Source: an uncultured Flavobacteriaceae bacterium (GTDB taxonomy: Bacteria; Bacteroidota; Bacteroidia; Flavobacteriales; Flavobacteriaceae). From it: a stretch of DNA of 64,000 nucleotides. The DNA lies in the NCBI GenBank assembly GCA_905181825.1, contig CAJIZJ010000022.1, positions 10,794-74,793 of the forward strand. Reading direction: 5' to 3'. Numbering within the stretch: position 1 is the stretch's first letter; the number at the start of each line of letters is the position of its first letter. Of the stretch, positions 1 to 10,527 are shown piece by piece. A model generated the notes under the pieces. The model made no database searches, was not told the DNA's origin, and was given only the letters and a program-made list of their open reading frames with translations. Made by a program: the position numbers and the translations under genes.

Positions 1-1843
1 ATTACTTTTTGTTTTTACTCTATTTTTTTCGTTTAGTTTTTCACAAATACCTTCAGGTTACTACAACACAGCGACTAGTACGGGCTACACATTAAAAACT
101 CAACTATCTAATATAATTGATGATCACAACGATCAAGGCTATAATGCTATTGACGGCTTTATGTCTTCTTACGATTTAGACAACTATTACGAAACTGGAA
201 GCAATACTATTTTGGATGTCTATTCTGAAAATCCTTCATCCAGCGATCCTTATAATTTCACTCCTGGGGTCGATGAATGTGGAAATTATTCTAATGAGGG
301 AGACTGTTATAACAAAGAACATGTAATTCCACAATCGGTGTTTAGTAGTAACACCCCTATGCAAAGTGACGCACACCAATTATTACCAACAGATGGGCGT
401 GTGAATGGCTTTAGAGGAAATTTTCCTTTTGGACGGGTAAATGATAATAACTTAGTCTCACAATCTGGAATTTCAAATCCAACTCAAAATGGTTCTAAAC
501 TTGGGGCTAACTTAAATTCGGGCTACTCATCAGGCTATTCTGGGACTGTTTTTGAACCTATTAACGAATTCAAAGGAGATATTGCACGTATTTATTTTTA
601 TTTTATAACTCGCTACGAAAACCAGGTTGGTAATTGGAGCTCTTTCGCCATGTTTGACGGCAGTAGCGACCAAGTACTCCAAACTACTTTCCTAAGCATA
701 CTAATAGAATGGCACTTGAGTGATCCTGTGTCTCAAAAAGAAATAGACCGAAATAATAACATTTACTACAACCATCAAAACAACAGAAACCCATTTGTGG
801 ACCATCCAGAATATGTTTCTATGATTTGGAACCCAGTCACAGATACAGAGGCACCAACAGCCGCAACAAACCTAATCGCTTCTAACCCTACAATGAGCTC
901 TATTGATTTAAGCTGGACGGCCGGAACAGATAATATCGCTGTCAATACTTATGATATTTATGTAGATGACACTAATACTCTAAGCACATCAAACACTTCA
1001 ATTACGGTCACTGGTTTGGCGGCAAATACAGAATTTTGTTTTACTGTTTTTGCAAAAGATGCATCCCAAAATACAGCTCCAAGTAGCAATGAAAGTTGCG
1101 AAACAACGGAACAAGGAGCTTCATCAACCAATGAAATCTTTATATCAGAATATGTAGAAGGAAGCAGTAACAATAAAGCCTTAGAAATTGCAAATTTCAC
1201 TGGTAATCTAATAAATCTTAGTGGATATACAATAGCAAGAGACGTAAATGGCAATGGTACTTATGGAGCCGCTTTACAATTAACAGGCATGCTAGCCACT
1301 GGAAACGTACATGTCATCTCAAGAGGGAATGCCTCGGCTGAAACAGTAGCACTTGCTGACCAAATCTCAAGTGGTGACGCCATGTCTTTTAATGGTGATG
1401 ACCCTGTAGGCCTTTTTAAAAATGGAGTGCTCATAGACATTTTCGGAAACTTTGGAGGTACTAATAATTTTGCGAACGCGACTTATAGAAGAAAGCAAAC
1501 AGTTATCAATCCGACAACTGTATTTGATTTGGCTGGTGAATGGGTCACCAGTACTACTAATGACATCACAGATTTAGGATCGCATTCAGCTCCTCTTGGT
1601 TCAAACGACCTCCAAGAAAATAGCTTTTCATTCTTCCCAAACCCTGCCAGACTCAATAAGCTATTTTTCAAGTCAACTCGTCCATTGAGTGTTGAAGTAT
1701 ATTCCTTAACAGGAAAATTAATTTTAAATACCACGATTGACTCCTCCAAATCTTTAGATATTTCGTCATTAAATACTGGTTTATTCATTATTAAGATGCG
1801 TAGTGATTCTGGTACAAAAATAAAAAAGTTAATACGAGAATAA
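1..1843 (+). CDS. Secreted endonuclease I (EndA/His-Me finger) family nuclease with FN3, lamin-tail-like and T9SS type-A C-terminal domains; start lies upstream of the window
   Basis: Frame is open from nt 2 (LLFVFTLFFSFSFS-QIPSGYYNTATSTGYTLKTQL, a signal peptide end). Nuclease motifs NKEHVIPQS, DAHQLLPTDGRVNGFRGN, KGDIAR, NRNPFVDHPEY. FN3: DTEAPTA..LSWTA..DNIAV. LTD: IFISEYVEGSSNNKALEI. CTD: FSFFPNP...KKLIRE. Confidence 0.88.
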   Translation, partial: LLFVFTLFFSFSFSQIPSGYYNTATSTGYTLKTQLSNIIDDHNDQGYNAIDGFMSSYDLDNYYETGSNTILDVYSENPSSSDPYNFTPGVDECGNYSNEGDCYNKEHVIPQSVFSSNTPMQSDAHQLLPTDGRVNGFRGNFPFGRVNDNNLVSQSGISNPTQNGSKLGANLNSGYSSGYSGTVFEPINEFKGDIARIYFYFITRYENQVGNWSSFAMFDGSSDQVLQTTFLSILIEWHLSDPVSQKEIDRNNNIYYNHQNNRNPFVDHPEYVSMIWNPVTDTEAPTAATNLIASNPTMSSIDLSWTAGTDNIAVNTYDIYVDDTNTLSTSNTSITVTGLAANTEFCFTVFAKDASQNTAPSSNESCETTEQGASSTNEIFISEYVEGSSNNKALEIANFTGNLINLSGYTIARDVNGNGTYGAALQLTGMLATGNVHVISRGNASAETVALADQISSGDAMSFNGDDPVGLFKNGVLIDIFGNFGGTNNFANATYRRKQTVINPTTVFDLAGEWVTSTTNDITDLGSHSAPLGSNDLQENSFSFFPNPARLNKLFFKSTRPLSVEVYSLTGKLILNTTIDSSKSLDISSLNTGLFIIKMRSDSGTKIKKLIRE

Positions 1844-1949
1844 TCTACACACTCATTTGCAACAATGGTTCAGATTATTGATGTTTAAAACTAGTGAATA
1901 ACTCCTTTAAATAGAAAGTGAAATCATTTATAATTACTCCTAAAAATCC

Positions 1950-1957
1950 TAAATTTG
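1950..1957 (+). promoter_or_regulatory. Bacteroidota housekeeping -7 promoter element for purL
   Basis: TAAATTTG matches TAnnTTTG, 30 nt upstream of the ATG. Confidence 0.6.
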
Positions 1958-1987
1958 TAGTATAGAGTAATATTCAAAATAAAACAG

Positions 1988-4900
1988 ATGATTCATTTCT
2001 TTGGAAGCCCTGACACTAAGGTATTTGCCATACAAACAGTAAACGATTTAACTTCTGAAATTAGCAGTAAACTTAAATGGCTGTTTGGTGACCAACCAAA
2101 AATAGAACTCAGAGCTCTCAATTCAAAATTTGTTGGACCACGCGCTGCAATGATTACGCCATGGAGTACAAATGCCGTTGAAATCACTCAAAACATGGGC
2201 ATTGAAGGCATTATTAGAATTGAGGAATTCGATAGGTGTGAAAGTGGTTATACTGATTTTGACCCAATGATTTATGAGTTTTTCGAAAGTTTAAATCAAA
2301 CTACTTTTGATATTGATATTGCACCCGAACCAATTCTTAACATCACTGATATAGCTGCATATAACAAAATAGAAGGCCTATCCTTAAATGAGGATGAAGT
2401 CAACTACCTAAACCAGGTGAGTGAAAAAATTGGAAGACCCCTTACAGACTCTGAAGTTTTTGGGTTTTCACAAGTAAATTCTGAACACTGTCGTCATAAA
2501 ATATTTAACGGAACCTTTATTATCGATGGAGAAGAAAAATCAACTTCTCTATTCAAACTCATAAAGGAAACATCTAAACAACACCCAAACACCATCGTTT
2601 CTGCCTACAAAGATAATGTCGCTTTCATAAAGGGGCCTGTCGTTCAGCAATTCGCACCAAAAAGTGCTGATAAACCCGATTACTATACCATAGAAGATTT
2701 TGAATCTGTCATTTCAATTAAAGCTGAAACACATAACTTCCCTACTACAGTTGAACCCTTTAATGGGGCTGCTACTGGATCTGGAGGTGAAATTAGAGAT
2801 CGTCTTGCGGGTGGTAAAGGTTCATTGCCTTTGGCAGGAACAGCAGTCTACATGACTTCTTATTCTCGACTCAATCAAAATCGACCATGGGAATCAGGGT
2901 TTAAAGAACGTGAATGGCTTTACCAAACCCCGATGGATATTTTAATAAAAGCATCAAATGGAGCTTCGGATTTTGGAAATAAATTTGGACAACCGCTAAT
3001 TTGCGGATCAGTACTTACTTTTGAACACCAAGAAGACGCACAGCGCTTAGGGTTTGACAAGGTTATTATGCAAGCTGGTGGTATAGGCTATGGAAAAGCA
3101 GATCAAGCGTTGAAAGACATTCCAAAAAAGGATGATAAAATCGTGATTCTTGGAGGAGAAAATTACCGAATTGGTATGGGAGGAGCTGCCGTTTCTTCTG
3201 CAGATACGGGAGCTTTATCTAGTGGAATTGAACTCAACGCGGTGCAACGTTCTAATCCTGAAATGCAAAAACGGGCTGCCAATGCTGTACGTGGTATGAT
3301 TGAAAGTCCAGAGAATTTCATTGTTTCTATTCATGATCATGGCGCGGGAGGTCATCTAAATTGTCTTTCCGAACTTGTAGAAGATACTGGAGGTGAAATT
3401 GACTTGGACCAACTACCTGTAGGAGACCCTACCCTATCAAATAAAGAATTAATCGGAAATGAATCTCAAGAACGTATGGGGCTTGTTATTTCTGAAAAAC
3501 ACATAGATACTTTACAGAGAATAGCTGATAGAGAACGTTCTCCAATGTACACAGTAGGAAAGGTTACTAATGACCACCGATTTGTCTTTGAATCTAAGTC
3601 CAACGGAAATAAACCTATGGATTTTAACTTAGAAGATATGTTTGGAAGCTCTCCTAAAACTATTTTAAAAGACCAAACAATTGTTAGGAATTATGCCGCT
3701 GTGTCATACACTGCCAACTTATTCAAAACGTATCTTGAAGCGGTTTTAAAACTTGAATCTGTTGCCTGTAAAGACTGGCTAACAAACAAGGTTGACCGTT
3801 GTGTAGGAGGAAAAGTAGCTAAACAACAGTGTGTTGGTCCTTTACAACTACCACTGAATAACGTTGGTGTAATGGCGTTAGATTACGCTAGCCAGGAAGG
3901 GATTGCTACCTCAATTGGACATGCACCAATAGCAGCACTAATAGACCCTAAAGCAGGAAGTAGAGTTGCTATCACAGAAGCACTTACTAATATTATTTGG
4001 GCCCCCTTAAAAGAAGGGCTACAAAGTATTTCCCTGTCTGCAAACTGGATGTGGCCCTGTAAAAATGAAGGGGAAGATGCACGTTTATATAGTGCCGTTG
4101 AGTCTATTTCTGAATTTGCAATTGACCTGGGGATTAATGTACCTACTGGAAAAGATTCTCTCTCCATGAAACAAAAATATCCTGATGGAGATGTCGTATC
4201 TCCGGGAACTGTAATTATATCGGCAGCAGGAAACTGTAATGCTATCTCTAAAGTAATTGAACCGCTATTTAAAACCAATGCTGGATCTATATACTACATC
4301 AATATATCTAAGGATACTTATAAATTAGGGGGCAGTGCGTTTGGACAAGTGTTAAATAAAATTGGAACAGAAACGCCTAATGTAAAAAGTGCATCTTATG
4401 TTAAATCCGTATTTAACACATTACAAGACTTAATTAAAAAGGACAAAATTGTGGCTGGACATGATGTTGCTTCTGGAGGATTGATTACTACTTTATTAGA
4501 ACTGTGTTTCTCAAACACGAATTTAGGAGCAGATTTAAATTTCAATGCACTTAAGGAATCAGATAGTATTAAATTATTATTTGCTGAAAACTCTGGAATT
4601 GTCTTTCAATCGATTGACTCTTCTATTGAATCGGATCTTTCTGCAGCATCTATTGAATTTTATAAAATTGGATCCGTTACTAAACAACCCACTCTAAACA
4701 TTGAAAATGGATCAGACGTTTTCTCTCTAAGCGTAGATGAGCTAAGAGATGTATGGTATGAAACTTCATTCCTATTAGATCAAAAACAAACTGCAAACGG
4801 ACTAGCTAAAACTAGATTTAAAAACTATAAAAATCAACCTCTAGACTTTAAGTTCCCAACACAATTTACAGGAAACCTTCCTGATAATAAGCAAGCAAAC

Positions 4901-5650
4901 AGACCAAAGGCTGCCATAATTAGAGAAAAAGGAAGTAATTCTGAGCGTGAAATGGCCAATGCCATGTATTTAGCGGGGTTTGATGTTAAGGATGTTCATA
5001 TGACAGATTTAATTTCTGGTCGTGAGACGCTTGAAGACATTCAATTTATTGGAGCTGTTGGAGGATTTAGTAATAGTGACGTGCTTGGTTCTGCTAAAGG
5101 ATGGGCTGGGGCTTTTAAATATAATGAGAAAGCTAAATTAGCGCTTAAAAAGTTCTTTTCTAGACAAGACACTTTATCTGTAGGAATATGTAATGGATGT
5201 CAACTCTGGATGGAATTAGACCTCATCAATCCTGAACACGAAAGTCATGGTAAAATGGATTATAACAACTCTCAAAAACATGAAAGTGCATTTACTTCAG
5301 TTACAATTCAAAAAAACAATTCAGTGATGTTATCCTCATTAGAGGGAAGTACTCTTGGAGTTTGGATTTCGCACGGAGAAGGTAAATTTAATCTTCCCTA
5401 TGAAGAGTCTAAATACAATATTGTTGGTAAATATGGTTACGACTCCTACCCTCACAATCCTAATGGCTCTGATTTTAACACCGCAATGATGTGTGATAAG
5501 ACAGGGCGTCATTTAGTAACTATGCCTCATATAGAACGCTCAACTTTCCAATGGAACTGGGCGCATTACCCTGACAATAGAGTTGATAACGTATCACCAT
5601 GGTTGGAAGCGTTTGTTAATGCTAGACAATGGGTAAACAACTTTAAATAA
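1988..5650 (+). CDS. purL: Phosphoribosylformylglycinamidine synthase (large fused PurL)
   Basis: 1220 aa; NSEHCRHKIF, KAETHNFPT, GAATGSGGEIRD, HDHGAGG; glutaminase domain GICNGCQL, SHGEG, MPHIER. Confidence 0.97.
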   Translation: MIHFFGSPDTKVFAIQTVNDLTSEISSKLKWLFGDQPKIELRALNSKFVGPRAAMITPWSTNAVEITQNMGIEGIIRIEEFDRCESGYTDFDPMIYEFFESLNQTTFDIDIAPEPILNITDIAAYNKIEGLSLNEDEVNYLNQVSEKIGRPLTDSEVFGFSQVNSEHCRHKIFNGTFIIDGEEKSTSLFKLIKETSKQHPNTIVSAYKDNVAFIKGPVVQQFAPKSADKPDYYTIEDFESVISIKAETHNFPTTVEPFNGAATGSGGEIRDRLAGGKGSLPLAGTAVYMTSYSRLNQNRPWESGFKEREWLYQTPMDILIKASNGASDFGNKFGQPLICGSVLTFEHQEDAQRLGFDKVIMQAGGIGYGKADQALKDIPKKDDKIVILGGENYRIGMGGAAVSSADTGALSSGIELNAVQRSNPEMQKRAANAVRGMIESPENFIVSIHDHGAGGHLNCLSELVEDTGGEIDLDQLPVGDPTLSNKELIGNESQERMGLVISEKHIDTLQRIADRERSPMYTVGKVTNDHRFVFESKSNGNKPMDFNLEDMFGSSPKTILKDQTIVRNYAAVSYTANLFKTYLEAVLKLESVACKDWLTNKVDRCVGGKVAKQQCVGPLQLPLNNVGVMALDYASQEGIATSIGHAPIAALIDPKAGSRVAITEALTNIIWAPLKEGLQSISLSANWMWPCKNEGEDARLYSAVESISEFAIDLGINVPTGKDSLSMKQKYPDGDVVSPGTVIISAAGNCNAISKVIEPLFKTNAGSIYYINISKDTYKLGGSAFGQVLNKIGTETPNVKSASYVKSVFNTLQDLIKKDKIVAGHDVASGGLITTLLELCFSNTNLGADLNFNALKESDSIKLLFAENSGIVFQSIDSSIESDLSAASIEFYKIGSVTKQPTLNIENGSDVFSLSVDELRDVWYETSFLLDQKQTANGLAKTRFKNYKNQPLDFKFPTQFTGNLPDNKQANRPKAAIIREKGSNSEREMANAMYLAGFDVKDVHMTDLISGRETLEDIQFIGAVGGFSNSDVLGSAKGWAGAFKYNEKAKLALKKFFSRQDTLSVGICNGCQLWMELDLINPEHESHGKMDYNNSQKHESAFTSVTIQKNNSVMLSSLEGSTLGVWISHGEGKFNLPYEESKYNIVGKYGYDSYPHNPNGSDFNTAMMCDKTGRHLVTMPHIERSTFQWNWAHYPDNRVDNVSPWLEAFVNARQWVNNFK

Positions 5651-5765
5651 TATCATTTTCATATGCAAACTAATGTGTTTTTGAATTTTTGAATTTATAA
5701 AGATTGGTATTTGAAAGTCTTTTTAAAATTAGTACTTTGCATGCTCACAAGCTTAAGATTTAAAA

Positions 5766-7541
5766 ATGAAACCAATTACTCGATTATTTGACTTTGCATA
5801 TTATCAGCTAGAAAACCATAACTTGGAGTCTGCTTTAATTACAAAAAAGGACGGTAATTGGGTTAAAACATCTACTAAAGAATATCTCGACAAAGCAAAT
5901 GCTCTAAGTAGAGCTTTATTAAAATTAGGCATACAAAAGGGAGATAAGATCGCCATCATTTCTACAAACAATCGAACAGAATGGTGTATTGTAGACGTAG
6001 GAGTACTTCAAGTAGGTGCGCAAAACATTCCTATTTACCCTACGATATCATCAAAAGACTATGAATATGTTTTAAACCACAGCGAAGCTATATATTGTTT
6101 TGTTTCCGATGAAGAGGTTTACAACAAAGTGTTAAAAGTAAAAGACAACACAAAACTTAAAGAAGTTTATAGTTTTGATAAAATATCTGGGTGTAAAAAT
6201 TATACGGAATTATTTGAACTAGGAGCAGACGACAGTACACAAGCGGCTGTAGAGTTAAGAAAATCTGAAGTCCTTCCTTCTGACCTAGCAACTATCATAT
6301 ACACATCAGGAACTACTGGCAAACCTAAAGGTGTCATGTTATCTCATCATAATATAGTAGAGAATGTTTTGGCTAGTGTTCCAAGGCTGCCCTTAATAGT
6401 GGGAACTTCAAGAGTCCTCAGTTTTTTACCCTTGTGCCATATTTTTGAACGCGTATTGATTTACATATACCAACATGCTGGGGTTGGCATATATTTTGCT
6501 GAAGCCATCGATAAAATTGGAGAAAATGCTCAAGAAATTAAACCAAACTTAATGAGTGTTGTGCCAAGGTTATTGGAAAAAGTATTTAATAAAATAAATG
6601 CAAAAGGCAGTGAATTAACAGGCATAAAAAGAGCCTTATTTTTCTGGGCCATAAAACTAGGAGAAAAATATGAACCTTACCAAGCCAATGGTATTTGGTA
6701 CGAATTACAGTTAAAAGTGGCCAGAAAACTAATTTTCAGTAAATGGAAAGCTGCTCTTGGCGGAGAACTCAACACAATGGTTTCAGGAAGTGCAGCTCTT
6801 CATCCAAGATTAGCTAGAATGTTTTGTGCTTCAGGAATGATGATTATGGAAGGGTATGGCCTTACAGAAACATCCCCTGTAGTTTCTGTAGCAATGCACT
6901 CTAATAATTATTTCAAGCTAGGTACTGTAGGAAAACCTATTTCAAATGTTGAAGTAAAAATTGCAGAAGATGGAGAAATTCTAATCAAAGGCCCCAATGT
7001 AATGCAAGGATATTATAAAGATCCAGAAAAAACAGCTGAAGTCATGAGTGGTGATTATTTTCACACAGGGGACAAAGGAGAAATTGATGCAGATGGATTT
7101 TTAAAAATCACCGGTCGTAAAAAGGAAATGTTTAAAACATCTGGAGGTAAATATATTATCCCTACGCTTATTGAAAATGATTTAAAAGAATCTAATTTCA
7201 TTGAACAGGTGATGGTTATTGGCGAAAATCAAAAAATGCCTGCCGCATTAATTCAGCTTAATTTTGACTTTATTAACGATTGGATTAAACGTAAAAACAT
7301 AAACATAGATTCTACCCCTGAAGCTATATGCGCTTCAGACGTCATAAAAGAACGAATACAAGTAGAAGTTAACAAATCTAATCTTCATTTTGGCAAATGG
7401 GAACAGGTGAAAAAGTTTGAATTAACGCCGGAAGTCTGGAGTATTGAAAGTGGACACTTAACTCCCACTATGAAAATGAAAAGAAGCGTCATTTTTGAAC
7501 TTTATAAAGATTTAACTGAAAAGATTTACTCAGAAAACTAA
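5766..7541 (+). CDS. fadD: Long-chain fatty acid-CoA ligase
   Basis: AMP-binding YTSGTTGKPKG, LPLCHIFER, EGYGLTETSP, FHTGDKG, LTPTMKMKR; adjacent to the beta-oxidation operon. Confidence 0.9.
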   Translation: MKPITRLFDFAYYQLENHNLESALITKKDGNWVKTSTKEYLDKANALSRALLKLGIQKGDKIAIISTNNRTEWCIVDVGVLQVGAQNIPIYPTISSKDYEYVLNHSEAIYCFVSDEEVYNKVLKVKDNTKLKEVYSFDKISGCKNYTELFELGADDSTQAAVELRKSEVLPSDLATIIYTSGTTGKPKGVMLSHHNIVENVLASVPRLPLIVGTSRVLSFLPLCHIFERVLIYIYQHAGVGIYFAEAIDKIGENAQEIKPNLMSVVPRLLEKVFNKINAKGSELTGIKRALFFWAIKLGEKYEPYQANGIWYELQLKVARKLIFSKWKAALGGELNTMVSGSAALHPRLARMFCASGMMIMEGYGLTETSPVVSVAMHSNNYFKLGTVGKPISNVEVKIAEDGEILIKGPNVMQGYYKDPEKTAEVMSGDYFHTGDKGEIDADGFLKITGRKKEMFKTSGGKYIIPTLIENDLKESNFIEQVMVIGENQKMPAALIQLNFDFINDWIKRKNINIDSTPEAICASDVIKERIQVEVNKSNLHFGKWEQVKKFELTPEVWSIESGHLTPTMKMKRSVIFELYKDLTEKIYSEN

Positions 7542-7569
7542 CCAACCACCACTTTTATTTTTTGATTAC

Positions 7570-7628
7570 ACTAAAAAAAGCTATGCATGCATAACTTTTT
7601 TTAGTTTTACTATGCGTGCATAATAAAA
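7570..7628. promoter_or_regulatory. Two tandem palindromic operator sites, CTATGCRTGCATAA (probable MarR-family binding sites)
   Basis: CTATGCATGCATAA at 7581-7594 sits inside a 36-bp near-perfect palindrome (7570-7605). CTATGCGTGCATAA at 7610-7623 lies just upstream of the -7 element TATATTTG (7634-7641) of marR. Confidence 0.7.
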
Positions 7629-7663
7629 ATTCTTATATTTGATAATAAGATATTATTAAAGCA

Positions 7664-8095
7664 ATGAAAGATAAAACGATAGATTATGTTTTAAGAACTA
7701 CTTGGTTATCAGTTCAGAAAATGTATAATGAAGAGGCTTCAAATTACGGAATTACGATGGCGACAGGATTCACACTCCTAAGCGTTGATCCAATTAATGG
7801 TACGCCTTCCACTTCATTAGGACCAAAAATGGGAATGGAAGCTACTAGCCTATCAAGGATATTAAAAACATTGGAAAGTATGAATTTAATTGAGCGCTTA
7901 CCAAATCCTAATGATGGACGTGGTGTAATAATACATTTAACCAAGCAAGGATTAAAGAATAGAGAAGAAGTAAAACAAAATGTTTTGAAATTTAATAGCA
8001 TAATTAGAAATGAAATCTCAGAAGAAAAGTTGAAAAACTTTTTCGAAGTTTCTGACTGTATCAATAATCTAATTTCAAACAAAAAAATATTCTAA
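7664..8095 (+). CDS. MarR-family transcriptional regulator heading the fad operon
   Basis: 143 aa wHTH: TSLSRILKTLESMNLIER.PNPNDGR...IHLTKQG. Confidence 0.92.
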   Translation: MKDKTIDYVLRTTWLSVQKMYNEEASNYGITMATGFTLLSVDPINGTPSTSLGPKMGMEATSLSRILKTLESMNLIERLPNPNDGRGVIIHLTKQGLKNREEVKQNVLKFNSIIRNEISEEKLKNFFEVSDCINNLISNKKIF

Positions 8096-8114
8096 TAAAC
8101 CTATTTATATTTAG

Positions 8115-10523
8115 ATGAAAACAAGAAGAATTAAAAAAATTGCGGTTATCGGTTCTGGAATCATGGGAAGTGGGATCGCTTGTCATTTTGCTAATATCGG
8201 AGTCGATGTATTACTTTTAGATATTGTTCCCAGAGAACTCAATGACAAAGAGATAGCTAAGGGGCTAACCTTAGAAGATAAAGTCGTTAGAAATCGCCTG
8301 GTAAATGACGCATTAACAAGTTCGTTGAAATCAAAACCCTCCCCTATTTATCATCAGAAATTTTCAGATCGAATTACGACTGGAAACCTAGACGACGACA
8401 TAGAAAAAGTAGCGGAGGTCGATTGGATTATGGAGGTGGTTATAGAACGATTGGATATTAAAAAAATGGTGTTTGAAAAGCTTGAAAAATATCGAAGACC
8501 AGGAACCTTAATAACCTCTAATACTTCTGGAATCCCCATAAAATTTATGAGTGAAGATCGTAGTGAAGATTTTCAAAAACATTTTTGTGGCACACACTTT
8601 TTTAACCCTGCACGATACCTTAAATTATTTGAAATTATCCCAGGTCCAAAAACCGACTCCGAAGTTTTAGAGTTTTTAGGTAGTTATGGAGAACAATTTT
8701 TAGGAAAAACATCTGTAATCGCAAAAGACACGCCTGCTTTTATTGGAAATAGAGTGGGTATATTTAGTATTCAAAGTTTATTTCACGCCGTTAAAAATTT
8801 AGATCTTACGGTTGAGGAAGTAGATAAGCTATCAGGCCCTGTAATTGGTCGCCCAAAATCGGCCACCTTTAGAACCGTAGATGTTGTTGGTTTAGATACT
8901 TTAGTACATGTAGCGAACGGCATCAGAGAAAACTGTCCTAAAGATGAACGTCTCGAACTATTTGAATTACCCGATTTCGTCACTACTATGATGGAAAACA
9001 AATGGCTAGGAAGTAAAACGAAACAAGGTTTTTATAAAAAATCCATTTCTTCCGAAGGAAAAAAAGAAATTTTAACTTTAGACTTAAACACTTTAGAATA
9101 CCGTTCTGCTAAGCGCGCAAAATTTGCGACTCTTGAACTGACTAAAACAATCGACAAAGTCGTAGATCGTTTCAAGGTCTTGGTTAGTGGAAAAGATAAA
9201 GCAGGTGAGTTTTACCGAAAGAGCTTCACAGCTCTTTTCGCTTACGTCTCGAATCGAATACCTGAAATTACAGATGAGCTCTATAAAATTGATGATGCCA
9301 TGAAAGCCGGTTTTGGCTGGGAACATGGCCCCTTTCAAATATGGGACGCTATTGGAGTGGAAAAAGGAATCGAATTAATGAAAGCAGAAGGATTAGAACC
9401 AGCAGCTTGGGTTCATGAAATGTTAGCATCAGGAAGTAAGTCATTTTACTCACTAAAAGAGGGTGCAACCTATGCTTATGATATTCCTATCAAGACACAA
9501 ACAAAGGTGCCTGGCCAGGATAGCTTTATCATCTTAGATAATATTAGAAAAACAAATGAAGTGTTTAAAAACTCTGGTGTTGTTATTGAAGACATAGGCG
9601 ATGGTATTCTTAATTTAGAATTTCAATCGAAAATGAATACTATCGGAGGCGATGTTTTAGCTGGATTAAATAAAGCAATTGACTTAGCTGAAAAAGATTT
9701 TGCAGGTTTAGTTGTGGGTAACCAAGCAGCAAACTTTTCAGTAGGCGCCAATATAGGTATGATCTTTATGATGGCTGCAGAGCAGGAATATGACGAACTT
9801 AATATGGCCATCAAATACTTCCAAGATTCAATGATGCGCATGCGTTACTCTTCAATCCCAACTATCTCAGCCCCACATGGAATGGCATTAGGAGGCGGAT
9901 GTGAATTGTCACTTCATGCAGATAAAGTCGTGGCAGCAGCGGAAACTTACATGGGACTTGTAGAGTTTGGTGTTGGTGTTATTCCTGGCGGGGGTGGCTC
10001 AAAAGAAATGGCTTTAAGAGCGCAGGATATGTTCCAAAAAGGCGATGTACAATTAAATGTACTGCAAGAACATTTCTTGACTATTGGTATGGCTAAAGTG
10101 TCTACCTCTGCTTACGAAGCATTTGACCTAAACCTTTTACAAAAAGGAAAAGACATTGTGGTTGTTAACAAAGACAGACAAATAGCAGTTGCAAAACAAC
10201 ATGCAAAACTGATGTCTGAAAGTGGCTACACACAACCATTAAAAAGAACAGACATAAAAGTATTGGGCAAACAAGCCTTAGGCATGTTTTTAGTCGGTAC
10301 AGATTCCATGCAGGAAAGCAACTACATATCAGAACATGATATGAAAATTGCTAACAAGCTAGCTTATGTAATGGCTGGGGGCGATTTATCTGAACCCACT
10401 TTAGTATCTGAACAGTATTTATTGGATTTAGAACGAGAAGCATTCTTAAGTTTATGTACTGAACGAAAAACCTTAGAACGCATTCAACATATGTTAAAAA
10501 CTGGAAAACCTTTAAGAAACTAA
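8115..10523 (+). CDS. fadN: 3-hydroxyacyl-CoA dehydrogenase/enoyl-CoA hydratase (FadN type)
   Basis: GSGIMGSGIA Rossmann motif, SNTSG, GTHFFNP, KDTPAFIGNR; C-terminal crotonase ALGGGCE, GLVEFGVG; ends GKPLRN. Confidence 0.92.
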   Translation: MKTRRIKKIAVIGSGIMGSGIACHFANIGVDVLLLDIVPRELNDKEIAKGLTLEDKVVRNRLVNDALTSSLKSKPSPIYHQKFSDRITTGNLDDDIEKVAEVDWIMEVVIERLDIKKMVFEKLEKYRRPGTLITSNTSGIPIKFMSEDRSEDFQKHFCGTHFFNPARYLKLFEIIPGPKTDSEVLEFLGSYGEQFLGKTSVIAKDTPAFIGNRVGIFSIQSLFHAVKNLDLTVEEVDKLSGPVIGRPKSATFRTVDVVGLDTLVHVANGIRENCPKDERLELFELPDFVTTMMENKWLGSKTKQGFYKKSISSEGKKEILTLDLNTLEYRSAKRAKFATLELTKTIDKVVDRFKVLVSGKDKAGEFYRKSFTALFAYVSNRIPEITDELYKIDDAMKAGFGWEHGPFQIWDAIGVEKGIELMKAEGLEPAAWVHEMLASGSKSFYSLKEGATYAYDIPIKTQTKVPGQDSFIILDNIRKTNEVFKNSGVVIEDIGDGILNLEFQSKMNTIGGDVLAGLNKAIDLAEKDFAGLVVGNQAANFSVGANIGMIFMMAAEQEYDELNMAIKYFQDSMMRMRYSSIPTISAPHGMALGGGCELSLHADKVVAAAETYMGLVEFGVGVIPGGGGSKEMALRAQDMFQKGDVQLNVLQEHFLTIGMAKVSTSAYEAFDLNLLQKGKDIVVVNKDRQIAVAKQHAKLMSESGYTQPLKRTDIKVLGKQALGMFLVGTDSMQESNYISEHDMKIANKLAYVMAGGDLSEPTLVSEQYLLDLEREAFLSLCTERKTLERIQHMLKTGKPLRN

Positions 10524-10527
10524 AAAA

